The notes: a model not told the origin generated them from the letters alone. Positions 48,508 through 58,980 are shown, counted from the stretch's first letter. The stretch: 64,000 nucleotides of DNA from an uncultured Bacteroidales bacterium (GCA_934700615.1 CAKUXR010000003.1:15536-79535), one strand, 5' to 3'. Numbers and translations: made by a program.

Positions 48508-49965
48508 TTATTGGATCTTAAAAATCATGTCATAATTATCCTTCATCCGATAATGAGTTTTACTAACAAATGAAGAATATGGAAAACGGACACCAAATTC
48601 ATTTTCAGATATTAACATGTCTGAGTTAAGCTTTATTACAAATGTGGTATCATTTTCCCAATGACATGATGGAAACTCAGCAGGAATCATTGGATAATCA
48701 GGAAGTTTAAGCATTCCAGAAATGCCCATCATCATGCTTTCTGAAAATATAACCTTAATCATCTTAGTCTTAGATGAAATTTCCTTAAAGGATGGCTGTA
48801 TGTCTATAATGAACGGTTTTTTACTTAAATATTCCGCCTGAATCGTTTCCCAGCGACTAGGAAGAGACTTGGCAAATTGTATTATTTTCGAAAGACTCTC
48901 TGACACACTGTTTTCGTGGCAATTAAGGATAGTTTCATCAATTGCTCTGCCAAACCAAATAAATCCGCGCTCTTCATTTTCTGCGATATATTCATCTATA
49001 TTATTTTTATCTTCATCTGTAGCAATAAAATAACGTATAGAGAAGATTTCGTTAATCCACTCTCCAGCAACACTACGAGCGCTACTATACCCTAAAGAAT
49101 ACATATCACTTTTTATAACAGAAAATATTGTATCCATTTCTGACGAAAAATGACGAAACGTTTTTTCTATCAATGGCGATACGAAGAAATGAGATATCTC
49201 GTGAACTATAGTATATATTTGATTATTAGATATTGACGGAACGCTATTGTTCTCATACTCAACCCCTATTACAATAGCAAGGTGTTTGTTCCATTGCTTT
49301 TGATTGTTTATACCTGGTATTGAATAATTATTATTCCCTGTACTTAATCCAAGATATAGATCAACGGGGAAAACACGACGTTGATAGTACTGTTCAAGAA
49401 CCGGAACGTTGATTTTAGATATTGTCTTTGCACTTTCCTCAACTATTTTCTCATAGAATTGAAAATGAGATATAAAAAAGAGATGAAAATTGCTTTTTTT
49501 ATAAAAATCATCAAGCAATCCTACATATTCACGAAATATATCTTCTGTCCAACACTGTTCATATTCTTCGCTAAATGTTTTTTTAAGGTTCCACGCGTTA
49601 TCGTAAACAATGTTACCATTGACAATTTTTACCATTAAGGCAGATTTTGCGGCAATACTGTAGGCGAAATTATATTTCTCTCTGATATCTTTTATGAATG
49701 ATATAATTGGATGATCCTTGTTGTTATATACGAAGTTATCCACTTCTGATATGTAATCAAAAAGTTGATAATTAATATATTCCTGAGCTCCAGCTAATCT
49801 GAAAACTGTACAAACTAATTCTATCCTTTCATCAATAATGAGTTGAATATTATTATCTAAGCATAGACTCACCTGATCGTTTCGTGGAGAAAGTGGGTCT
49901 GCGTGCGCAAACAAACCAGATAGGACAACAAAAAAGATAAAAGAATATATCTTCCTCATAAACAC
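48508..49965 (-). CDS. Secreted hypothetical protein with an HExxH motif (putative zinc metallopeptidase; my recollection is that it is DUF4932-like)
   Basis: Signal peptide; TIVHEISHFFV contains HExxH. Confidence 0.65.
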   Translation of the reverse strand: MFMRKIYSFIFFVVLSGLFAHADPLSPRNDQVSLCLDNNIQLIIDERIELVCTVFRLAGAQEYINYQLFDYISEVDNFVYNNKDHPIISFIKDIREKYNFAYSIAAKSALMVKIVNGNIVYDNAWNLKKTFSEEYEQCWTEDIFREYVGLLDDFYKKSNFHLFFISHFQFYEKIVEESAKTISKINVPVLEQYYQRRVFPVDLYLGLSTGNNNYSIPGINNQKQWNKHLAIVIGVEYENNSVPSISNNQIYTIVHEISHFFVSPLIEKTFRHFSSEMDTIFSVIKSDMYSLGYSSARSVAGEWINEIFSIRYFIATDEDKNNIDEYIAENEERGFIWFGRAIDETILNCHENSVSESLSKIIQFAKSLPSRWETIQAEYLSKKPFIIDIQPSFKEISSKTKMIKVIFSESMMMGISGMLKLPDYPMIPAEFPSCHWENDTTFVIKLNSDMLISENEFGVRFPYSSFVSKTHYRMKDNYDMIFKIQ

Positions 49966-49999
49966 AATAATTCGTTAATTTAGACATCATATTATTTGA

Positions 50000-51238
50000 T
50001 TAAAACAGTTGGTTCAACCAAGCTGCAATATCTTCAAGGACAATCGGGCTGATGGTCTGCTCACTGTTGATATATTCAGTCGGCAAGCCAGTTGTACACT
50101 CTTGAAACAAGTGATTCAGTCCGGGATAGATTTTCACTTGTGATTTCTTGTTTTTCGGCAAATTGCCTTTGATGGCTTCCACATTTGACGAAGCAATTAC
50201 TTGCAAATCCTTTTCTCCATTCATAACCAAGACCGGGCAGGTGGTTTTGCTTATGTCGGAAGCCGGATCGTAGTCAAGGAAGAACTCGTACCATGGGGAC
50301 ATTGTGCCTATGAGGTATTCCCTTAACTGTTCTTTTGTTAATTGGTATTCCTGACCAGATTGTTTTGCGATGGCCACACCTTGCTGGTACAGGCATTCAT
50401 CTCCTTGAACGCCTACTCCGGCCATGGTGATTGCGAAGTCTATCAGTTTGTCGGCACCGAGCATGAAGGCAACATTTCCTCCTTCGCTATGCCCAAGAAC
50501 CCCGATTTTTGAGAATTTCTTTGTATCACGAAGATATTTCACGGCAAGTGCGGCATCTTTGGCAACTTCCTTTGTGGTTTCAGTCTGGAATCTCCCTGTT
50601 GATTTGCCTACACAACGATCATCATATCTAAGGGTTGCATATCCGTTCCTTGCAAGGTAATCCGCTATGATAAGGAATGGTTTGTGTTCGTATATTTCGC
50701 TGTCTCTGTTTTGTGGTCCACTGCCTGTAACCATTACGACAACAGGTACCTTTTTGCCTTGTATGTAACCTACGGGATAGGTGATAGTTCCGGAGAGAGT
50801 TGCGTTTGCTTCGTCATTGACAAATTCAATTTCTTCGGTAGTGTATGGGTACGGAGGTAGCGGGTTTTGCGGGCGGTTATATACTATTTTTTCGTTTTTT
50901 AGGTCCAGGTCTAATTCTAATCCTAATTGTGAGTAAACGCCGCAAATCATATCTCCGTTAAATTTTCCGTTGTATTCTATGCCTAAGTTCGAGATACGGA
51001 TGCTTATGGAATCGGATGATTCGAATACTATCTGAGCGGGAATACCTTTGACGCTCTGGTCAGGGCTGTCCATTGTGCAGACGGTATTTCCTTCAGCATC
51101 CTGAGAGATGTTGAATACTATATGGAGACTGCTTCCTCCGGCAGAGATTATACCGGTCCATGAGCCGGTGAAATTTTGGGCAAATGCGGTAATGGAAAGC
51201 AGTAGTGCAAAGAGCACTGATAGGGCTTTATTTTTCAT
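50000..51238 (-). CDS. Secreted alpha/beta hydrolase (S9/dienelactone-hydrolase-like) with an N-terminal lipocalin-like beta domain
   Basis: Signal peptide; nucleophile elbow GHSEGG; downstream Asp/His positions consistent with a catalytic triad. Confidence 0.8.
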   Translation of the reverse strand: MKNKALSVLFALLLSITAFAQNFTGSWTGIISAGGSSLHIVFNISQDAEGNTVCTMDSPDQSVKGIPAQIVFESSDSISIRISNLGIEYNGKFNGDMICGVYSQLGLELDLDLKNEKIVYNRPQNPLPPYPYTTEEIEFVNDEANATLSGTITYPVGYIQGKKVPVVVMVTGSGPQNRDSEIYEHKPFLIIADYLARNGYATLRYDDRCVGKSTGRFQTETTKEVAKDAALAVKYLRDTKKFSKIGVLGHSEGGNVAFMLGADKLIDFAITMAGVGVQGDECLYQQGVAIAKQSGQEYQLTKEQLREYLIGTMSPWYEFFLDYDPASDISKTTCPVLVMNGEKDLQVIASSNVEAIKGNLPKNKKSQVKIYPGLNHLFQECTTGLPTEYINSEQTISPIVLEDIAAWLNQLF

Positions 51239-51280
51239 ATTATAGCGGATTTGAGGTTTACTTGTTTATGTCAGACGGTT

Positions 51281-51991
51281 TCATATACGGTCAAAACGCT
51301 TTCCGCACTGTTTACATTTGCAGTTCTTGCTTTTTCGACTTGCTATAATGCCACTCACTACAAATAATACAATCATCACCATTGACAGCCAGTCCATTAC
51401 GACAGATTTGATATTATACTCCGCAGATGCAAGCAAATAGCCGAAGCCTGCTAAGAAAAAAAGTATTGACAGTATATACAGATGGGTGACATATTTGCCA
51501 CGCCCGATATGTTCTATGTCTTCACTGCCACACTTGGGGCAGAAAGGTTTTGCGCTTTCGGCTGTGGAATTGATAATCGGTTCAATCAGAGAGTATGCTT
51601 TTTCATAATCCTTTTCGAACACATAAATCGCGATGCCGGGCATTGGACCGTATGTTCCCGTACGTGTGTCCGTTGTTTCATCATGACGGCGAAAGACAAT
51701 ATCATCATTTTCGAGAATGCTAACGACATTGTGCACTGTAGTAATATTTGTGCACTTACATAATAATTTTTCATTCATGACCACAAAATTTTTAGTGTTA
51801 TTTCTCTTCAAGTTTGGGCTGTTTCCAAACATGGAAAATAATCGTTCTACCATTGCAGCATTGCACAGGCCAGCATATTGCTTTGCGTCACGTAAGCAAT
51901 TATGAGAAGCTATACATAATTGCGTCAAAGTGTCAAAGATAGCATATTCCGAAAGGTAGTGAATAATCGAGATATCTGCAAGTTCGGCCAC
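51281..51991 (-). CDS. Hypothetical protein with a soluble N-terminal domain and a split zinc ribbon (CPKCG ... CKQCG) flanking two TM helices
   Basis: 236-aa ORF. Its first 16 codons lie inside direct repeat B, and a degenerate copy of them lies in repeat A. Confidence 0.6.
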   Translation of the reverse strand: MAELADISIIHYLSEYAIFDTLTQLCIASHNCLRDAKQYAGLCNAAMVERLFSMFGNSPNLKRNNTKNFVVMNEKLLCKCTNITTVHNVVSILENDDIVFRRHDETTDTRTGTYGPMPGIAIYVFEKDYEKAYSLIEPIINSTAESAKPFCPKCGSEDIEHIGRGKYVTHLYILSILFFLAGFGYLLASAEYNIKSVVMDWLSMVMIVLFVVSGIIASRKSKNCKCKQCGKRFDRI

Positions 51992-52059
51992 AATTGCAGC
52001 TTGCTTGCAGATGATTATGAAGTTTTCCTATAAGACGTTATCGCACACAAGGTTGTGAC
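51943..52059. repeat. Direct repeat B (partner of 43074-43191). Overlaps the true 3' end of the ABC-2 permease gene and the 5' end of the 236-aa gene.
   Basis: See repeat A. Confidence 0.75.
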
Positions 52060-53145
52060 CGAACCGATACCCGTCAGGCAGGCCAGGTCAAACCACGTGT
52101 CCGGCAGTCCGCCACCCTTGAGGTAAATGGAGCGCATGGCATCTGCATAGTACCTGAGCGGATTGGCATAAGTAATCATCTCCGCCCACTTCGGCATTGA
52201 CTCTATCGGCGTGAAAATACCGCTCATCAGCATGAAGACCATACTGAAAAACCAGATCACGAACATCGCCTGCTGGGTATTGTCGCTGAAATTCGATATG
52301 AGAAGCCCGAACGAAGCCATCACGACAATATGGGCCAATGTGAACAGCGAAATCAGCAGGACGCTCCCCTGACAGCTGTAGCCATACGAGAGCCGCGTCA
52401 GAAAGAGACACGTGAACAGAATCGTATATGCAACAACTACATAAGGAACCATCTTGCAGATGATGAAAGTGCTCTTGCGGACCGGAGTAACATTGATCTG
52501 TTCGATTGTACCCTTTTCCTTCTCCCCGACGATATTCAGCGACGGCAGGAATCCGCACATCATGGTTATCGAAATCACTATCAATGCCGGGAGCATGAAC
52601 AGTTTGTAGTCCAGATACGGATTGAACAGGTATGTGACATCGATGTCCGGTGCAGAAACCTGAGCCCCGGACGCCCCCGGACCGGTTGCAAGACCGCCGT
52701 TCTTCACCAGAAACGATGATATGCAGCCTGTCAGATACTTGGAACCGATGTTGCCTCTGGTTCCGTTCACGGTATTGACGGAAATACCTACCGGAAGCGG
52801 GTCCGACGGCTGAGCACCCCCTCCCATATACTTCGCAAAGCCGGAATTGATCGTAAGGATAGCGTCAATGTCACCGTTATCCATCATTGACCTTGCCATC
52901 TCCGGAGTCCGGCAAACATCCTCCAGGATGAAATATCCCGAATTGACGCATTTCTCGACCAAAAGGGAAGACTCGCTGCTGCGGTCATTGTCAATGACAG
53001 CAAGCTTTATGTTCCTCAATTCCATCGACGCCGCGAACGGGAAAACAAACACAATCAGAATCGGGAACATCATCACCATACGTGGCATTCCCGGGTCCCT
53101 GAGGAACTGGCGGAATTCTTTTTTCAATAAATATTTGAAAGTCAT
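52015..53145 (-). CDS. ABC-2 family transporter permease
   Basis: A large N-terminal periplasmic loop after TM1, then five TM helices: the ABC-2 membrane topology. Confidence 0.9.
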   Translation of the reverse strand: MTFKYLLKKEFRQFLRDPGMPRMVMMFPILIVFVFPFAASMELRNIKLAVIDNDRSSESSLLVEKCVNSGYFILEDVCRTPEMARSMMDNGDIDAILTINSGFAKYMGGGAQPSDPLPVGISVNTVNGTRGNIGSKYLTGCISSFLVKNGGLATGPGASGAQVSAPDIDVTYLFNPYLDYKLFMLPALIVISITMMCGFLPSLNIVGEKEKGTIEQINVTPVRKSTFIICKMVPYVVVAYTILFTCLFLTRLSYGYSCQGSVLLISLFTLAHIVVMASFGLLISNFSDNTQQAMFVIWFFSMVFMLMSGIFTPIESMPKWAEMITYANPLRYYADAMRSIYLKGGGLPDTWFDLACLTGIGSVTTLCAITSYRKTS

Positions 53146-53331
53146 GACAAATTCTTTTACGGAAACAACACTATGTAATCCTTAAAAAATAACTTGGTAA
53201 TCTTTGCGCGTCTTTTCGGTCTATATTCCTTTTCTCATCAGTCGTGTACGTCCAGTACACTCCTTCTTCGAAAAGAAATCTATCCTCGAAAATCCTTCAC
53301 AAATCTTTACCAACTTATTTTTTAACGCTTA

Positions 53332-54414
53332 CTATTTCAAACGGGTCTGGAACTTCTTGACGCTCACCCACAAAAGGAAAATCATCATCAATGCAAGTAC
53401 CATGAACTCAGGGGCGACCGACGTGAAACCGGCACCCTGAATCATAATTTTCTTGGCTATGATAATGTACCATTTGGCCGGTATAACGTCAGAAAGAAGC
53501 TGCAGTGCAAACGGCATGCTCTCACAAGGAAAGATGATTCCGGCAAACATCATGGTCGGCATTGTCAATCCCATACCACAAATCAGCAGAGCAGTCTGTT
53601 GGGTGGATGCAATGGTGGAAATCAGAAGTCCGAGACCCAGTGATGTGCCCACAAATATCAATGATGAAAGTGACAACAAGAGAAAACTTCCGTGCATCGG
53701 AACCCCCATTACAAATCTCGCAAGCAACAGAATCGTGATGTAGTTGAAGATAGAGATGACCAGATAAGGAATCAACTTGCTGATTATGATCCAAGCCGGG
53801 CGCAAAGGTGAGACAAGAACCAGTTCCAGAGTTCCGAACTCCTTTTCCCTGACAATGGACACAGCAGTCATCATGGAGCATATCAGCATGAGTATCAAGC
53901 CCATGACTCCCGGGACGAAGTTATATGACGAGTTCATCGACGGGTTATAGACCAGTTTCACTGACGGGCTCGGCAGCGAGACCGAATGCCCATCCAGCAA
54001 AACAGATTTGACATAGTTCCCGACCATCTGGGCAGTGTTCGGGTCAGCACCGTCACAAATCACACTGATGGATGCACCTTCATCTGATCTCCTTTCGCGG
54101 TCATATTGGTTCTCGAAGATGATGGCCGCCTTGGATTTGCCCTTTTTCAGACGAGACTCGGCCTGGGCCGGAGTATCGAGAAACTGTCCGAGACTGAGAC
54201 TTGAGTTATGTTCCAGTTTCGGAGCAATCTCACGGATAGTCGCATCGCCAGGATCACCGACGATATCGACTACCGCATCCTTGACTTCAGTGCTTATGGC
54301 AAAGCCGAAAAGAAGAATCTGCACAACAGGCATGCCCAGCACAATGAGCATTGTCCTGGGATCCCTGAAAATATGCAGGAACTCTTTTCTTATCAATGAC
54401 AATATAGATTTCAT
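53332..54414 (-). CDS. ABC-2 family transporter permease (second subunit)
   Basis: Same topology as the previous gene; paralogous. Confidence 0.9.
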   Translation of the reverse strand: MKSILSLIRKEFLHIFRDPRTMLIVLGMPVVQILLFGFAISTEVKDAVVDIVGDPGDATIREIAPKLEHNSSLSLGQFLDTPAQAESRLKKGKSKAAIIFENQYDRERRSDEGASISVICDGADPNTAQMVGNYVKSVLLDGHSVSLPSPSVKLVYNPSMNSSYNFVPGVMGLILMLICSMMTAVSIVREKEFGTLELVLVSPLRPAWIIISKLIPYLVISIFNYITILLLARFVMGVPMHGSFLLLSLSSLIFVGTSLGLGLLISTIASTQQTALLICGMGLTMPTMMFAGIIFPCESMPFALQLLSDVIPAKWYIIIAKKIMIQGAGFTSVAPEFMVLALMMIFLLWVSVKKFQTRLK

Positions 54415-54417
54415 AAC

Positions 54418-55173
54418 TTATTCTCTTTCAGCGCGTCCGGCAAGCAGAGCAAACACTTCATCCATGTCTTTCGCGCCATATTTTTCTTTCAATGCAGCCG
54501 GGCTGTCCAGATCTTCAATCCTTCCGTCGACCATAATGGAAACCCTGTCACAATATTCCGCTTCATCCATATAGTGCGTCGTCACGAAAATCGTCATCCC
54601 GGACTCTGCAGCCTCATTGATCATATCCCAGAAATTCCTTCTTGTCTTGGGGTCCACACCGCCTGTAGGCTCGTCCAGAAACAGAATCTCAGGGTCATGT
54701 ATCATAGCAATACTGAACGCAAGCTTCTGTTTCCATCCCAGAGGCATGTCCCTTACAAACATATCGGAAACATCATCAAGGCCAAAACGTTGCAGCATTG
54801 ACAATCTCTTCTCTTCAATTTGCCTGTCGTTCAGCCCATATATGCCTCCGAACAACTCGATGTTTTCGCACACTTTCAGGTCAGGGTACAGGGTAAAACG
54901 CTGGCTCATATAGCCGATGTGCTTCTTGATTTCCTCCTGCTGCGTCCTGATATCGAACCCGGTGACAGTCCCCTCTCCCGATGTCGGAATGCTCAGTCCG
55001 CAGAGAATCCTCATGGCAGTTGTCTTGCCGGCACCATTCGCCCCGAGGAATCCGAAAATTTCACCTTTGCGGACATCGAATGAGATGTGGTCCACAGCAG
55101 TAAAACTTCCGAATTTCTTCGTAAGGTCGCGGACAATAATGCTCTTGTCAATGTTATCAGCCATCATGTTCAA
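54418..55173 (-). CDS. ABC transporter ATP-binding protein
   Basis: Walker A (GANGAGKTT), ABC signature, and Walker B (ILFLDEPT). Confidence 0.9.
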   Translation of the reverse strand: MNMMADNIDKSIIVRDLTKKFGSFTAVDHISFDVRKGEIFGFLGANGAGKTTAMRILCGLSIPTSGEGTVTGFDIRTQQEEIKKHIGYMSQRFTLYPDLKVCENIELFGGIYGLNDRQIEEKRLSMLQRFGLDDVSDMFVRDMPLGWKQKLAFSIAMIHDPEILFLDEPTGGVDPKTRRNFWDMINEAAESGMTIFVTTHYMDEAEYCDRVSIMVDGRIEDLDSPAALKEKYGAKDMDEVFALLAGRAERE

Positions 55174-55183
55174 TTCTAAAAGT

Positions 55184-56089
55184 TTACGAAAGCCTCATGA
55201 AGCAGTCCTCGATTCCGGCTTCGATCGGCTCCACCTTGCAGTCCGCAAATCCGGCCTGCTTCAGGACCGACTCCAGAAACGAAGCATCCGGGCCGTCTTT
55301 TTCCACGGACACATGACAAATGGAGCCGAATGAATTGCAGTCCTTTACGCCTGGGGTCGCCCTCAGAATCTTAAGCATCCCGAAAATATTGTTGCTGCCC
55401 GCAGCATACAATCTGTCAGGAAAAGATTTGCATATCTCGTCAGGTGTTCCTCCTCCTATGATGCTTCCCTCGGAAATCATGGCAATCCTGTCACAACGCG
55501 CCGCCTCGTCCATGTAAGGAGTTGAGACAAAAATACTTACCCCGCTTTCTCGTATTCTCTTCAGCATTGACCAGAACTCTTTTCGACTGACCGCATCGAC
55601 GCCGGTAGTCGGCTCGTCGAGGAACAGGACCTTCGGCTTGTGGACAAGGGCGCAACATAGTGCGAATTTCTGTTTCATTCCTCCGGACAGCGCTCCTGCC
55701 CTCCTCTTCCTGAACGGCTCCAGCTGGCAGAATATTTCTTTGATGTTATCGTAACCGGAATGTACGTCGATTCCGAATATGCTCGCATAGAACTGCAGGT
55801 TTTCCTCTACGCTAAGATCATGATACAGAGCGAAATGCCCCGGCATGTATCCTATCTCCGAACGTATCTTCCGATAGTCTTTCACGACATCAAGTCCGCA
55901 GACTGACGCAGTTCCGCTATCCGCCAGAGACAAAGTTGTAAGAATGCGGAACAACGTTGTTTTTCCAGCCCCGTCCGGACCGATGAGACCGAAAATCTCA
56001 CCATTGTCGATTCTGAAAGAGATGTCTTTAAGAGCCTTGACCTCTTTATAGGATTTGCAGAGGCCCTCGGCCACAATAGTTGAATCCAT
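55184..56089 (-). CDS. ABC transporter ATP-binding protein (second ATPase)
   Basis: Walker A (GPDGAGKTT), signature LSGGMKQK, and Walker B (VLFLDEPT). Confidence 0.9.
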   Translation of the reverse strand: MDSTIVAEGLCKSYKEVKALKDISFRIDNGEIFGLIGPDGAGKTTLFRILTTLSLADSGTASVCGLDVVKDYRKIRSEIGYMPGHFALYHDLSVEENLQFYASIFGIDVHSGYDNIKEIFCQLEPFRKRRAGALSGGMKQKFALCCALVHKPKVLFLDEPTTGVDAVSRKEFWSMLKRIRESGVSIFVSTPYMDEAARCDRIAMISEGSIIGGGTPDEICKSFPDRLYAAGSNNIFGMLKILRATPGVKDCNSFGSICHVSVEKDGPDASFLESVLKQAGFADCKVEPIEAGIEDCFMRLS

Positions 56090-56100
56090 AATATCGGCTA

Positions 56101-56994
56101 TTACTTTCTTACATAAGCATACATTCCAAGCCTGAGAGATCCGTCATTAGGGACAGCAACTTTCACGGCATATACAAGTTCCGCACGTTCATCCCTTGTC
56201 TGGATATCCTTAGGAGTAAACTCGGCCTGCGACGAAATCCATATAACACGTCCTGTGTATTCCTTAGGATTTGCGCTTCCGTCGTCGGGAATGACCTTAA
56301 GGTCATCGCCCAGTTTCAGAGTCGCAAGCTGCGATGTAGTAAAGTATGCTCTCACGTATGTTTCGGCGAGATCTGCAAGTTTGAACAGCGGCTTGCCCAC
56401 TGTAACGCTCTCACCTTCATTGGCATACTTCGTCAGGACCGTTCCGGCGACAGGAGAACATATCCTGCATTTCGCCAACTGGTCCCGCTTCTCGGCAATC
56501 TGGATTTCATAAGTCGATATTTCCGAACGCACCGAACTGTTGTTTCTCTCCCATGTCTGCTTCTGAGCGGCCATCTGACTTTTCAGGATATCGATCTGAC
56601 TGCGCAAGTCATCTACCTGCTTCTGAGTTGCAGCATTATTGGCCAGGAGCGAACTGTAACGCCTGAAATCATTTTCAAGGTTCGCAAGCTGGTCTTTCTG
56701 AGGAGCCTGCTGACGGTCAATGTCGATGAGACGTGACCTCGCGCCATCCCTTCTCTGCTCCAGTTCGCGAATCTGGAGGGCGGTCTGTACCGAATCCACA
56801 GCGCCGACCATCTGACCGGCATTGAGCACATCCCCTTCCCTGACATTGAGGGAAAGAATCCGTCCGCTTGCTTCCGCGGAAACAGTAACCTGCTCAGCGT
56901 CAATCTGTCCACAAGCATCGAAGTCAATGTCATTCCGGCATCCTGCCAATACTGTCACAGCAGCCGCTGCTACCAGTATTTCATATCTTACCAT
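56101..56994 (-). CDS. HlyD-family membrane fusion (periplasmic adaptor) protein
   Basis: Lipoyl/barrel-sandwich plus coiled-coil architecture; sits in the efflux operon. Confidence 0.85.
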   Translation of the reverse strand: MVRYEILVAAAAVTVLAGCRNDIDFDACGQIDAEQVTVSAEASGRILSLNVREGDVLNAGQMVGAVDSVQTALQIRELEQRRDGARSRLIDIDRQQAPQKDQLANLENDFRRYSSLLANNAATQKQVDDLRSQIDILKSQMAAQKQTWERNNSSVRSEISTYEIQIAEKRDQLAKCRICSPVAGTVLTKYANEGESVTVGKPLFKLADLAETYVRAYFTTSQLATLKLGDDLKVIPDDGSANPKEYTGRVIWISSQAEFTPKDIQTRDERAELVYAVKVAVPNDGSLRLGMYAYVRK

Positions 56995-57050
56995 AATTCA
57001 AGCTGTTTCAATGTTATCAACTTCCAATTTCATATTCAATCAGGCCACGG

Positions 57051-58325
57051 CTATTTTCCGAGAGTGTTCTTCATGTCGTAAACCGCCATCATCAGCTGCA
57101 CCTCATGCATTGACTCATTTGCCTTGGCCTTGTACTCCTCGTCCAGCATTGACAAATAATCATTCATCTTTATCGTTCCCTCCCGATACTGGTTCTCGCC
57201 GGCTTCGCGAATTCTCTGACGCAATGCAATTATCTCAGAATCACGGTCAAGGACGTCGCGCGCCTTCTCGATCGCATTGCTCTTCTGCTCAGCCTCGACA
57301 GAACTGTTGAGCAGGAAAGTCTCCCTCGTAAGGTCAATCTTCTGTGCATCGGCCTTGAGCTTGCGCTTGTCCATGCCTCTGGTATAGAGGGCGCCTATAT
57401 TCCACTGAAGTTTGAGTCCGGCCACAAAATAAGCCGAGAAATCACCAGAGAGCATATTCATTCCGGGCCGTCCATAACCGCCCTGAAGACTGAGATTCAA
57501 TTTCGGCGAAATCAATGTATTCAGCTGACGGAGCTGCACATCATTCTGCTTAAGTTGCGCCGAATACAGGGACATTTCCGGACGCGTTGCAAAATCACGC
57601 ACCCCATCATCCTGAAAATCAAGAGCTTCCTGTGGAATTGCAAGTTCAGCACCTGTCATGTCCCGTCCTGTCATCAGCCCCAGCAACTTCACATAGGACC
57701 TCCGGTCGGCTTCTAGTGATGCACGCTGCTGAAGACAACTTAAAATATTGACACTCACCTGGTCCAGATCAGTAGGAAGAGCGACACCGCCATTGATGAG
57801 ACTCCTTACTTCTTCTGAGTTCCTCTCAAGATTCTCGCGCAGGAGGTCATTAAGCCTCATCTGCTTATCAATCAATATTATACCGAGATAAATATTCTGT
57901 ACCCGGGACCTGATTGCCCAGAGATTGGTCTCAAGCTGGGTTTTCTTCACCTCTGCTCCTGCCTCCGCAAGTTCCCGCTGGCTATGGCTTGTGCCACCAT
58001 CCCAAATCTGCTGGGTAAACTCAGCAGTCAGACCGTACTGGTCATGAGGGATCTTGATGTCCATCCCCGGGATTTCAATCGGCATCTCGACGACCTCGGA
58101 CTGCCATGTCGCCTTTCCGGAGACATTCAGATGTGGAAGCCAGGCGTAAGCCGCAGTTTTAAGGTCAATGCCTCTGGTCATCTCGATGAGCGACATTTCC
58201 TTGATCTGAGGATAATTGTCGTAGGCCAATCCGATACACTCGTCGAGAGTTGTCTGTGCACTTGCGACATGAACGGCGAATATTGCCGCCAGCGAAACGC
58301 ACAAAGTTCTCAATATCGGTTTCAT
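57051..58325 (-). CDS. TolC-family outer-membrane efflux protein
   Basis: Signal peptide; two OEP repeats; 424 aa. Confidence 0.85.
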   Translation of the reverse strand: MKPILRTLCVSLAAIFAVHVASAQTTLDECIGLAYDNYPQIKEMSLIEMTRGIDLKTAAYAWLPHLNVSGKATWQSEVVEMPIEIPGMDIKIPHDQYGLTAEFTQQIWDGGTSHSQRELAEAGAEVKKTQLETNLWAIRSRVQNIYLGIILIDKQMRLNDLLRENLERNSEEVRSLINGGVALPTDLDQVSVNILSCLQQRASLEADRRSYVKLLGLMTGRDMTGAELAIPQEALDFQDDGVRDFATRPEMSLYSAQLKQNDVQLRQLNTLISPKLNLSLQGGYGRPGMNMLSGDFSAYFVAGLKLQWNIGALYTRGMDKRKLKADAQKIDLTRETFLLNSSVEAEQKSNAIEKARDVLDRDSEIIALRQRIREAGENQYREGTIKMNDYLSMLDEEYKAKANESMHEVQLMMAVYDMKNTLGK

Positions 58326-58350
58326 AATGCATGTGTTTAGAACTATTTAT

Positions 58351-58980
58351 TCATTTTCTTACAGCGAGATAGTCACGCATCCGTCTCACCGCGTTCTCCT
58401 TCTGCTCCTCAATGAAGGCCGACAATTTGTCTTTGTCATTGCCCATGGCGATCCGGATCATAGGCAACAGGGCAAATACGGAATAGGCGGCCAATATCAT
58501 CTCCAGAATCAGCTTTTCCATTGTAACCGGGGCAATAAGTCCCTCAGCGACAGCCTCTTTAAGTCGCTCATCATGCCGCTGGAATGCTTGTCCCATCATC
58601 ATATTGATACCGTCATGATACTTTGTCAGGTATTCGGGATGAGTTTCCGCTATTTCAAGCAACAAGTGAAGTTCGCCCTGATGCATATTCATAAAATCAA
58701 AGAGTTTCCCAGTGACCTCACAGACAGTATCCACGATACTTTTTTCGGGAGACATTGACATCCGCAGATCTCCATGCATCTTCATGATATATCCGTCAAG
58801 GACTTTTATGAATATCTGCTCCTTAGTCCGGAAATAATAATGGAGCATGGCATGGGTAACGCCAGCCTGACCTGCTATCAATGTCGTAGTCGTGCCTTTG
58901 AAGCCGTTCTCTTTGAAAAGTTTTTCTGCGGCTTCCAAAATTGCCGCCTCGGTATTTTCTTTTACTTTCATATATTCCAT
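58351..58980 (-). CDS. TetR/AcrR-family transcriptional regulator, first gene of the efflux operon
   Basis: N-terminal TetR HTH (FKENGFKGTTTTLIAGQAGVTHAMLHYYF). Confidence 0.85.
   Translation of the reverse strand: MEYMKVKENTEAAILEAAEKLFKENGFKGTTTTLIAGQAGVTHAMLHYYFRTKEQIFIKVLDGYIMKMHGDLRMSMSPEKSIVDTVCEVTGKLFDFMNMHQGELHLLLEIAETHPEYLTKYHDGINMMMGQAFQRHDERLKEAVAEGLIAPVTMEKLILEMILAAYSVFALLPMIRIAMGNDKDKLSAFIEEQKENAVRRMRDYLAVRK

Larger units (their letters stand above)
43192..51942. mobile_element. AT-rich genomic island (about 8.75 kb) bounded by the 118-bp direct repeats; putative integrated element or island. No integrase or transposase is present.
   Basis: GC drops to about 28-35% in the cargo compared with about 50% in the flanks. 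Direct repeats duplicate the 3' end of the permease gene, an att-like signature. Confidence 0.45.

Noticed and set aside
52015-58980. TetR-TolC-HlyD-ABC-ABC-permease-permease operon considered as a novel system
   Set aside because: This is a standard ABC-2-type tripartite efflux architecture with its TetR repressor. It is interesting only as the integration target of the adjacent island.
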